DNA of 64,000 bases from Candidatus Woesearchaeota archaeon (GTDB lineage Archaea > Nanobdellota > Nanobdellia > Pacearchaeales > GW2011-AR1). The notes below the pieces were generated by a model. That model ran no database searches. It was not told where the DNA came from and saw only the letters and a program-made list of their open reading frames with translations. Location: the NCBI GenBank assembly GCA_964385425.1, contig CAYLOQ010000002.1, forward strand, positions 12,714 through 76,713. Direction: 5' to 3'. The position numbers and the translations under genes were made by a program. Of the stretch, positions 49,035 through 56,853 are shown one piece after another. The stretch's first letter is position 1. Each line of letters starts with the position of its first letter.

Positions 49035-49625
49035 ATGCCAAAAGACGAAGAAACTGATACTAAGGAAAAAATAGAAGAAGAAATTAAAAAAACTCCTGAA
49101 GATGAGGAGCCAAAGGAAGAATCAGAACTAGAAGAAGAGCTAGAGGAACCAGAACAAATAGCAGATCTTAGGGACTTGGAATTTTCCAGTTTTATTCAGC
49201 CATCTATAGAGGGCTCTGCCCCTGTTTTAGAGAGAGTTGCTGGTTCTCAAGGAACAGGATTTTCTCTGTCTGGATGGGAGGCTCTTTCCTCCCCTGTATC
49301 TTCTGAAGGAACAATAAACGAGGACGATCCTTTCAAATATTCTATCGGCGGAGAAGGTGGAGGTGGAGAAGGGAGAGTAAAATATGTCTCTTCATCAGAA
49401 AATATAGCATCAACTCCAACCCAGATAGATTTTAGAGATGTTGGAAGAAAGCCAGGAGTTATGCAAGAAGCAGCCTTTACACAATCTTCTGAAGTCAGAG
49501 ATGTTTCACAACCTGCTCTAGAGAAATACGAGCCTGCAAAAAGGATGGATGTAGAAAGTGCAGGAAGAAGAGATCCTTTTGAACCAGAAAAGATAAGGTA
49601 TGATCCAAAGCTTCCTAGCAGCTAA
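49035..49625 (+). CDS. acidic low-complexity hypothetical protein
   Basis: E/D/P-rich N-terminus. Confidence 0.4.
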   Translation: MPKDEETDTKEKIEEEIKKTPEDEEPKEESELEEELEEPEQIADLRDLEFSSFIQPSIEGSAPVLERVAGSQGTGFSLSGWEALSSPVSSEGTINEDDPFKYSIGGEGGGGEGRVKYVSSSENIASTPTQIDFRDVGRKPGVMQEAAFTQSSEVRDVSQPALEKYEPAKRMDVESAGRRDPFEPEKIRYDPKLPSS

Positions 49626-49661
49626 CAATAATTATATAAATAAATCTTTACTATTATTTTC

Positions 49662-51524
49662 ATGGCAAAAGAGGGGTACACTGTAAGCAACATGTATCAG
49701 GGGGGATATTCTACACTTAAGCCTCCAGAGAGTAATTATGGGGCTGCAGGAAAAATAGGATTGACGACAGACGTTAGATCAGCAAATATCTTACAGGAAG
49801 TTTCTACAAAACTCTCGTCTGGAGTAAAATATATAGATGTAACAGCAGTGAGTCCAGATGTTTTTGATTCTATGCCAAAACAGCAGCTGAAAGAAGTCAA
49901 TAGGTTGGCAAAATTAACAGGTATTGATATTGGTATTCATGGACCTGTAATGGATGTTGCAGGAATGAGCCAGCAAGGATTTAGTGAGGCAGAAAGAGAA
50001 ATAGCTGAAAGAAAAGTAGCAGAAGCACTCATAAGAAGTCATGATTTAAAACCTAGTGGAAATATCCCTGTGAATTTCCATTCTGCAGAAGGAATTCCAG
50101 GCTCACAGTTGCTCCCCCCTGGAGAAAGAGCAGAAAAAGGAAAGTACAAAAAACTTATTGCGATAAACAGGGAAACAGGAAGAATGGCTCCCTTAGAATC
50201 AGAGACGAAGTATTTTCCTGGAGGGGGAAGGGAAATAAGACCAGAAATGGAAGAAAAAATAGAAAGAGAGGGCATAACACTAAAACAAATACAAAGAGAC
50301 CTTCAAAAGTACACTGTTAAGAGTCCTTTAGGGAAAGGCAGATACGAAACCCCTGAAGAGAGGTTAGATGTTTTAAATCATAGCGAATGGGATAACTCTC
50401 TTTCACAATTAACATTTAATAAAGAAAGAGTAGATCAGATTCTGGAAGAAAACAGGATATATCTTAAAACAATAGAACCAGATATATTAGCTGGAAACAT
50501 TACAAAACCAGAAGACCTACCAACTACTGTTCAGCAACAGGCATTTAGACACCACAGGGCTGCTAAAAATTATCTAAAGGACTTACACTTACAAGCCAAT
50601 AACCTGTTTAGCAAGGCATATAGATATGGAACACAACAACAAAGACACGAGTTAAAAAAAATATCAGAAAAATTCGGAAAAGATCTGAGTAAAGAAAGGG
50701 GTGTATTTGGAGAAGCCAAGGCAATGGATGACTTAATAAACTCCATAAACCAGTCAAAACTTGCCCCAGAGATGAATGTTCCTATGGAAAAATTCGCTCT
50801 CGAGAAATCTTCAAAAACTTTTGGAAATGCAGCTTTCGAATCTTACAAAAAATTCAAAGATAAATCTCCTGTCTTGGTCATAGAAAATCCTCCTGCAACC
50901 CACGCCTTAAGCACTGGAAAAGACATAAGAGAAATGGTTGAAGAATCCAGGAAACAATTTGTGAAAAAGGCTGTTGAAGAAGGTCTGTCTGAATCTTCTG
51001 CAAAATCTCAAGCAGAGAAATTAATTGGTGCAACTTGGGATGTAGGCCATATAAATATGTTGAGAAAGTATGGCTATTCAAAGAAGGACATTGTAAGGGA
51101 AGCAAAAGAGGTGGTCCCTGTTCTAAAACAAATTCACCTTTCTGATAATTTCGGATTTGAGCACACAGAGTTACCGATGGGGATGGGAAATGTTCCACTG
51201 AAAGAGGTAATGAAAGTACTAGGGAAAAAAGGACTTGAAGCAAAAAAACTCATTGAAGCAGGACACTGGTGGCAGCACTTTAAAACACCCCCTTTCCAGG
51301 AAACTCTGGAAGCTTTTGGTTCCCCTATATATTCGATGAATATGGCTCCTTACTGGAATCAAGCTCCGGGACTCACACAAGGGTATTTTTCAGGTTACGG
51401 ACAGATGCTACCATCAATAAATTATGAAACTTTTGGGGCCGGATTTTCACAGCTTCCACAAGAACTCGGAGGCCAGATGCCCGGAGCTAGAGGAGGACGA
51501 ATGTCTGGTAGACCGATGGAGTGA
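49662..51524 (+). CDS. hypothetical protein with xylose-isomerase-like TIM-barrel signatures split by a large charged insertion
   Basis: C-terminal WDVGH...IHLSDN...E metal-site-like pattern; Gly/Pro-rich C-terminal tail. Confidence 0.4.
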   Translation: MAKEGYTVSNMYQGGYSTLKPPESNYGAAGKIGLTTDVRSANILQEVSTKLSSGVKYIDVTAVSPDVFDSMPKQQLKEVNRLAKLTGIDIGIHGPVMDVAGMSQQGFSEAEREIAERKVAEALIRSHDLKPSGNIPVNFHSAEGIPGSQLLPPGERAEKGKYKKLIAINRETGRMAPLESETKYFPGGGREIRPEMEEKIEREGITLKQIQRDLQKYTVKSPLGKGRYETPEERLDVLNHSEWDNSLSQLTFNKERVDQILEENRIYLKTIEPDILAGNITKPEDLPTTVQQQAFRHHRAAKNYLKDLHLQANNLFSKAYRYGTQQQRHELKKISEKFGKDLSKERGVFGEAKAMDDLINSINQSKLAPEMNVPMEKFALEKSSKTFGNAAFESYKKFKDKSPVLVIENPPATHALSTGKDIREMVEESRKQFVKKAVEEGLSESSAKSQAEKLIGATWDVGHINMLRKYGYSKKDIVREAKEVVPVLKQIHLSDNFGFEHTELPMGMGNVPLKEVMKVLGKKGLEAKKLIEAGHWWQHFKTPPFQETLEAFGSPIYSMNMAPYWNQAPGLTQGYFSGYGQMLPSINYETFGAGFSQLPQELGGQMPGARGGRMSGRPME

Positions 51525-51736
51525 TGGAATTTATCCTTACAAACCATGCCAAAAAAAGAATGGCTGAAAGAGGAATTAATTTAAACCAAATTAAAAAGAC
51601 AATAGATTTTCCAGATTATACAATTAGAAAAGATGGAAAAACAGAAGCTCACAAAAAAGTTAATAACAGAATTTTAAAAGTCGTGTATACTATGGAAGGT
51701 AAATTTATAAAGATAATTACTGTTATAGAAAGATGA
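51521..51736 (+). CDS. DUF4258-family toxin-like protein
   Basis: HAKKRMAERGI motif; overlaps next gene by 4 nt. Confidence 0.55.
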   Translation: MMEFILTNHAKKRMAERGINLNQIKKTIDFPDYTIRKDGKTEAHKKVNNRILKVVYTMEGKFIKIITVIER

Positions 51737-51936
51737 GGATAACATTTGATAAAGACGCAGATGCCGTGTATATTTATTTTAAGGAAATTTCATCCGGAGA
51801 GGTCGCTAAAACAATTTCTCTTAATGAGTCAGTAAACGTAGATTTGGACAAAGACGGAATAACTCTTGGTATAGAAATACTTGAAGCAAGCAAGAACCTT
51901 CCCTCTAACACGCTGAAATCTGCTATTCCTATTTGA
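51733..51936 (+). CDS. DUF2283-family antitoxin-like protein
   Basis: ITFDKDADAVYIYF...VDLDKDGITLGIEILEAS. Confidence 0.55.
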   Translation: MRITFDKDADAVYIYFKEISSGEVAKTISLNESVNVDLDKDGITLGIEILEASKNLPSNTLKSAIPI

Positions 51937-52017
51937 AGCCAAATTCATAAGGCTAAAATAAAAAGAATTAAAAACTATACTCTATAATATATATTGTAAA
52001 ATATAAAATAGAAAATA

Positions 52018-52866
52018 ATGGTAAAGAAAAAAAAGAGTGTGAAGAAAAAGAGAACCAAAAATAAAAAACTTAAAGACGTTCCCACATTACAATTAAAAAA
52101 AGAGTCAGATATTGCTATGGATTTTGCCACAAAACTCTATAGAAAGTTTGATAAGATGATTAAATCTGTGATTCTCTTTGGATCTACAGCTCGTCAAAGT
52201 GCTGTTACTGGTTCTGATATTGATATAATAATTATCTTAGATGATGTTTCGATAAACTGGGATCAGGAGTTGATTGCATGGTACAGGCAGGAGTTGGATA
52301 AGATGATGAGAAAAAATCCTTATCAAAAGAGCCTTCATATAAATACAGTAAAATTAAGCACGTGGTGGGAAGATCTGATACGTGGAGATCCTGTTGTTTT
52401 GAATATTTTGAGGTACGGAGAAGCAATGATTGATCTAGCAGGATTTTTTGAACCCTTAAAATTTTTATTAATCAAGGGAAAAATAAGATCAACTCCTGAA
52501 GCGATCTACAGTGCATTACAGAGGGCTCCGAATCATATAGCGAGGAGTAGATTTGCAGAATTAAATGCTATAGAGGGCTTATACTGGGCAATGGTAGATT
52601 CTTCCCACGCAGCCCTGATAGCTGCGGGTGTCCCTCCAGCATCCCCAGAGCATGTTCCTGTAGATTTAAAAGAGCAGTTTGTAAATACTGGAAAACTAAA
52701 AATGAAATATGTTGTCTGGTATAGGGATCTTCTAGTGTTGCACAAAAAAATTGCACATGGACAATTAAAAAACCTGAAAGGAGTTGAAATAGATGAATGG
52801 CAGGATAGGGCAGAAGATTTCTTGGAAGTAATGGCTAAATTAGTTAAGGATCTTATTGGGGATTAG
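52018..52866 (+). CDS. minimal nucleotidyltransferase (MNT, Pol-beta superfamily) with C-terminal HEPN-like helical extension
   Basis: ILFGSTARQSAVTGSDIDIII. Confidence 0.65.
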   Translation: MVKKKKSVKKKRTKNKKLKDVPTLQLKKESDIAMDFATKLYRKFDKMIKSVILFGSTARQSAVTGSDIDIIIILDDVSINWDQELIAWYRQELDKMMRKNPYQKSLHINTVKLSTWWEDLIRGDPVVLNILRYGEAMIDLAGFFEPLKFLLIKGKIRSTPEAIYSALQRAPNHIARSRFAELNAIEGLYWAMVDSSHAALIAAGVPPASPEHVPVDLKEQFVNTGKLKMKYVVWYRDLLVLHKKIAHGQLKNLKGVEIDEWQDRAEDFLEVMAKLVKDLIGD

Positions 52867-53165
52867 ACAGCTAGCGCCAATCTATCATTTTCTTGATTAA
52901 AATATTCTTTTAATTCTCTAATAACATCCTTCCTTATATAAATCACTTCTCTGCCGACACCATCTCTCATGATAGTTTCTTCTAAATTATTCAAATAAAC
53001 TAAATTAACTACATCGATTTTTCTTCGTGGTTGATATTTCAATCTTCTTGTTAGACCTTTTATAAACATTCTGTTCTCTTCTGCACAAGAAAAAGCTTGA
53101 ATAGGGGATTTGTCTTTAGGATCTTCTCCTTTAAAGAATTCTAAAAAATAATTTACAAGCCCCAT
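52863..53165 (-). CDS. hypothetical protein (100 aa)
   Basis: ORF only. Confidence 0.35.
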   Translation of the reverse strand: MGLVNYFLEFFKGEDPKDKSPIQAFSCAEENRMFIKGLTRRLKYQPRRKIDVVNLVYLNNLEETIMRDGVGREVIYIRKDVIRELKEYFNQENDRLALAV

Positions 53166-53167
53166 TT

Positions 53168-53677
53168 TTATCTTTCTCTTTCTACAAATCTTTTGTATCT
53201 TTCAGAATCTGTTAAACGCGCAAGATTTCTCTGAGCCTGTAGTATTTGCGTCGCAGATTCTTGAATTTCAGGGGTCATTCGTGGAGTTCTTCCAATAATA
53301 TAAAAACCATTTTCCTTTAATTCTTCTACCATATCAGAAGCAACCCATAAGGGAAACCTTTGATTTCTAGAATTAACAACTAAGTCTACATCACCATCTT
53401 TATCAAAATCTATTAACCTATTACCTCTAGAATCACCACCATCCATTCTTTCGTATACTTCGGGAGAATGTAGTGGAGAAATGGGATTTCTTGCAATATA
53501 TACAACACCACAAGCAACACCCCCCAATAAAGAAGTTATTAACGCAGTTTTTGTCCATCTACCAAGATTAAATCTCCAATCTTTTAATTCGTCTTTTAAA
53601 TGATATCTTAATTCGTCTTTTAAACTCATTTTATTGATTCCTTCCATCTTGTTCCAGACTGTAGTTTTCTTGGGCAA
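53168..53677 (-). CDS. lipobox-containing membrane protein with DxDxDG Ca-binding-like motif (paralog A); true start probably internal (about 53629)
   Basis: LLGGVAC lipobox-like, DFDKDGDVD, MTPEIQESATQ; 47-nt overlap with the next gene if the longest ORF is used. Confidence 0.4.
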   Translation of the reverse strand: MPKKTTVWNKMEGINKMSLKDELRYHLKDELKDWRFNLGRWTKTALITSLLGGVACGVVYIARNPISPLHSPEVYERMDGGDSRGNRLIDFDKDGDVDLVVNSRNQRFPLWVASDMVEELKENGFYIIGRTPRMTPEIQESATQILQAQRNLARLTDSERYKRFVERER

Positions 53678-54158
53678 TTAAATATGCTAAATCTTGATCT
53701 CCATTTAATGCTCTTGTAGCAGCAGCTCTTATTTCAGGGGTCATAATCCTTGCGTTTTCTGTAAGTACAGAAACACCATTTTTCCCTCTATAAACCCCAC
53801 CAGTTCCTTGATATCCTTCAGCTACCCAATAAGCTCTAAACCCAGAAGTAATGGCGTCGGCTAGTCCGTCTCCATCCAGATCTCTAATATCTCTATTCCA
53901 TATGTTGGGAAAAGCAGAATTTTCGTCTCCTTCTTCTGGTCGAACTAAAGAGACAGTTCCCCAGTGTTTATCAAACTCATCTCTTGTTGGATTTCTCGCT
54001 ACAGGATTCTCAAAAAATTCACACCCATTAAGACTCAAAACAGCCAATCCAGCAAGTGTTGCTCTTCCTATACTTTTCTTAGTTTTTTGGTATAATGTTT
54101 GTGAATCCATTTTATTTTTCTCCCATTCTATATCCCAAGTATGAGGTTTCTGAACCAC
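53631..54158 (-). CDS. lipobox-containing protein with DxDxDG motif (paralog B)
   Basis: LAVLSLNGC lipobox, DLDGDGLAD, MTPEIRAAATR. Confidence 0.4.
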   Translation of the reverse strand: MVQKPHTWDIEWEKNKMDSQTLYQKTKKSIGRATLAGLAVLSLNGCEFFENPVARNPTRDEFDKHWGTVSLVRPEEGDENSAFPNIWNRDIRDLDGDGLADAITSGFRAYWVAEGYQGTGGVYRGKNGVSVLTENARIMTPEIRAAATRALNGDQDLAYLIAQENYSLEQDGRNQ

Positions 54159-54315
54159 CAGGAGACTGGGCAGGGTCTAAATCTCTTCCAGAATCATCTG
54201 TTAATTCTTGAAGATCACTTCCGTCAAGATTCACACTGTAAATTTCAAGACTTTCACCCATTCTTCTTCCAAGAACAACTTTTCCTTCAAATCTCTGTGT
54301 GCTTTCTAAATCCAT
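54112..54315 (-). CDS. small hypothetical protein
   Basis: 67 aa ORF; overlaps neighbour. Confidence 0.25.
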   Translation of the reverse strand: MDLESTQRFEGKVVLGRRMGESLEIYSVNLDGSDLQELTDDSGRDLDPAQSPGGSETSYLGYRMGEK

Positions 54316-54323
54316 TTTATATC

Positions 54324-54935
54324 TTATTTCTTAGAAGCCTTTTTCCTACCATACTTCTCAGCAAGCTCGTCACCAACAGCCTTCAACTGTGTAGAACGAC
54401 CTGTTTGGATGGCATTATATGCTATAGAGTTATTATATTCCTGTTCAAGTAACTGGAATGTTTCAAATGCTTCTTGTTCTTTTTTAGTTAAATTCTTTTT
54501 ACCAGCAATTTTTTCAGCTAATTGAGTGAAACTAAAACTTCTTAATTCAGCAGGAACCTTGAATCCAAAACCATCACCTGCAACACCCCTTACAACTTCC
54601 TCTAATTTTCCTAGATTAATTGTTCGTCTACTCTGAGCCTGCATTTCAGCAATATTAGAAGCAACATCATAGTTTGTAAGCGGAGTTGGTTCCCCCACAA
54701 TACCATTTCTTTCTCCTCTTGCTAATCTCTCTTGATAATCATTATCCTTGATTTCTCTAACTTCATCACTATTCATCACTTCTCTATAACCTTGTCGTAC
54801 AGCGTCTCGACCTAATGTACCATATAAGGCAACGTCTTGACCAAGATTAGAACCGACCATGGTTTGATATGTTTCATCCTTTAGAATTCCAACTGCTTGT
54901 TCTACAGGTGTTGGTGCTTTATTTTTTTTCGCCAT
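54324..54935 (-). CDS. hypothetical protein (203 aa)
   Basis: ORF only, basic termini. Confidence 0.45.
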   Translation of the reverse strand: MAKKNKAPTPVEQAVGILKDETYQTMVGSNLGQDVALYGTLGRDAVRQGYREVMNSDEVREIKDNDYQERLARGERNGIVGEPTPLTNYDVASNIAEMQAQSRRTINLGKLEEVVRGVAGDGFGFKVPAELRSFSFTQLAEKIAGKKNLTKKEQEAFETFQLLEQEYNNSIAYNAIQTGRSTQLKAVGDELAEKYGRKKASKK

Positions 54936-55010
54936 TTTTCTTTAAAAAATTTAAGAATAAGGGGTTTATAAATCTTTCTATATTGTTACTACTAAGTAAT
55001 TAATATACTT

Positions 55011-55547
55011 TTACTTTTTGGTGCTGTAAATCACCTTTGTTTTTCCAGGAAGCTTTGCTTTAATCTGCTTCAGGATTTTTCTGGAAAACTCCACGGCTTT
55101 CTGGTTTGGAACAGCTATGAAAAAAATCCTGCTGTTTTTCTTTAGAATTGCTGCTTTTCCTGCAGATTTTCCATAGGAGAGCTGCATACCTGTCTGCATC
55201 CTATCTGCTCCAGCAGCAGTCAGCATTTTGTTCTCCCTCTGAATATGGTGGGGAAAAGGAATAACCTTAAAGAGATACTGTCCAGCAAGCTCGTTTTCTA
55301 GTTTCTTGTTTATGAATTGCCTGCATGCTTCTAGAGCATTGTGCCTAATCTGAACCTTTTCTGTGCTCACTATAGTTAATTCATGGGGAAACTTTCCCTC
55401 GTTATATAGGGCTTCCTTACCCATGGTGAACTTAACAATTTTCTGTTGAGGAACGGTCTTTATGTAAGATTTCCCTTTCTTCTTACTGATTCTGGTATAA
55501 GGGACAACCTTTCTCTTCGAATATGCAGATGCTTTTCTTAATCCCAT
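55011..55547 (-). CDS. rpl10e: 50S ribosomal protein L10e (uL16)
   Basis: MGLRKASAYSKRKVVPYTR...RMQTGMQLSYGK. Confidence 0.85.
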   Translation of the reverse strand: MGLRKASAYSKRKVVPYTRISKKKGKSYIKTVPQQKIVKFTMGKEALYNEGKFPHELTIVSTEKVQIRHNALEACRQFINKKLENELAGQYLFKVIPFPHHIQRENKMLTAAGADRMQTGMQLSYGKSAGKAAILKKNSRIFFIAVPNQKAVEFSRKILKQIKAKLPGKTKVIYSTKK

Positions 55548-55548
55548 T

Positions 55549-55857
55549 TTAAGTAGTTCTACCCTCTAAACCATTTTTAATTTGTTGTGGGATAATTGCA
55601 ACTCCTGCCTTCCCCACAAAATAGATAGAAGATTCACTTCTAACAGGAACTTCTTCTCCACCCACAACCTCAAATTCTCCACACTCCTCTATAGCAAATT
55701 GCTTACATCCCGTATAAGCCCCCTCCCCTCTGGAGCACACATCTTGATATTGCTTTCTGGCTCCGCCTTCATCCCTGCTTTTCAATAGTGGACATTTCTT
55801 AGTATAAGGACAAACCATGTTACTTTCACCAACACCTTCCCTTGATTGAAGAGTCAT
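55549..55857 (-). CDS. cysteine-rich hypothetical protein (102 aa)
   Basis: CPYTKKCP...C...C...C; sits between two r-protein genes. Confidence 0.4.
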   Translation of the reverse strand: MTLQSREGVGESNMVCPYTKKCPLLKSRDEGGARKQYQDVCSRGEGAYTGCKQFAIEECGEFEVVGGEEVPVRSESSIYFVGKAGVAIIPQQIKNGLEGRTT

Positions 55858-56117
55858 TCTTTAACCTCCACGCTTGTTGTAACAGCCTGACCTGGCAATC
55901 CACGCTCAAATATGGCTCTTACAATTCCCTTATTTCCATGAGCAGAAGAAATTTTTCCTTTAATGATTTTTCCTGCAGGAGATTTCCAGACAACTTCTTT
56001 CCCTACAAACTTCTCAGCATCTTTCCTATTTTTACTTCCTTCCACTTCTATGAGAAAATGCCTTTCATGTACCGTCTTTCTCCCCCTTCTGAATTGAATA
56101 ACCCTTGCGTTTGTCAT
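55854..56117 (-). CDS. rpl35ae: 50S ribosomal protein L35Ae
   Basis: MTNARVIQFRRGRKTVHERHFLIEVEG... Confidence 0.8.
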   Translation of the reverse strand: MTNARVIQFRRGRKTVHERHFLIEVEGSKNRKDAEKFVGKEVVWKSPAGKIIKGKISSAHGNKGIVRAIFERGLPGQAVTTSVEVKE

Positions 56118-56168
56118 AATATTCTACTGTGAATATAGTTTTAAAAAGGTTGCTATATAAATTTTTTT

Positions 56169-56825
56169 ATGGAATTAAAAGAGATAGCAAAAAACATTTT
56201 TCATATAAAATTTTCCACGCAAGAAGAACTGACATCGACCTTTTTAAGATTTCAGGAATTTTTTGAATCTCCAGAATTTAGAGGTAAGGTTTTTACGCTG
56301 GAAGAATATAAGAAATGGTATGTTGATAATTCTCCAGAAGGAAAGAGAACTGGAGAGTTCACATATTATACTGACTGGAATGGGTTCAATATCCCTTCAA
56401 CAGTTTTAGAGCCTTTTTATAATGGAGACTTTGATCCTTTGTCTGAAAGAGAAAAAGAATTTTTAGCTTTGTTTAGGGAGAGAAAAGGAGAAAGATTTTA
56501 TATAATTGGAACGCATGGAAAAAACGAGAAACAACTCTTAAAACATGAAATTGCGCACGGATTGTTTTACACAAACCCAGAATATAAAAAAGAAGTTCTC
56601 GAGATCTTAAAAAAAATTAGTTCTGAAAAAAGAGAAGAGATAAATATGTTTTTTCAAAAAAGCGGAGGCTATCATTCAGAAGTATGGGATGATGAAACCC
56701 ACGCATATGGCCTGTGTAGTCTGGAAAAACTGGAAAAAAACAAAATTGATATTTCTGACTTGTTAGGGATAAGAGAAGAACTCAATTTAATTTTTGAAAG
56801 ATATCAGGGGATGACCAATTTCTAG
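56169..56825 (+). CDS. hypothetical protein with HExxH motif (putative zinc metallopeptidase-like)
   Basis: LLKHEIAHGLFY. Confidence 0.4.
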   Translation: MELKEIAKNIFHIKFSTQEELTSTFLRFQEFFESPEFRGKVFTLEEYKKWYVDNSPEGKRTGEFTYYTDWNGFNIPSTVLEPFYNGDFDPLSEREKEFLALFRERKGERFYIIGTHGKNEKQLLKHEIAHGLFYTNPEYKKEVLEILKKISSEKREEINMFFQKSGGYHSEVWDDETHAYGLCSLEKLEKNKIDISDLLGIREELNLIFERYQGMTNF

Positions 56826-56853
56826 AAATTTATATGTTTTAGAATGCAAATGT

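Noticed and set aside
52232-52756. Minus-strand ORFs within the MNT gene
   Set aside because: Antisense shadow ORFs in a higher-GC gene.
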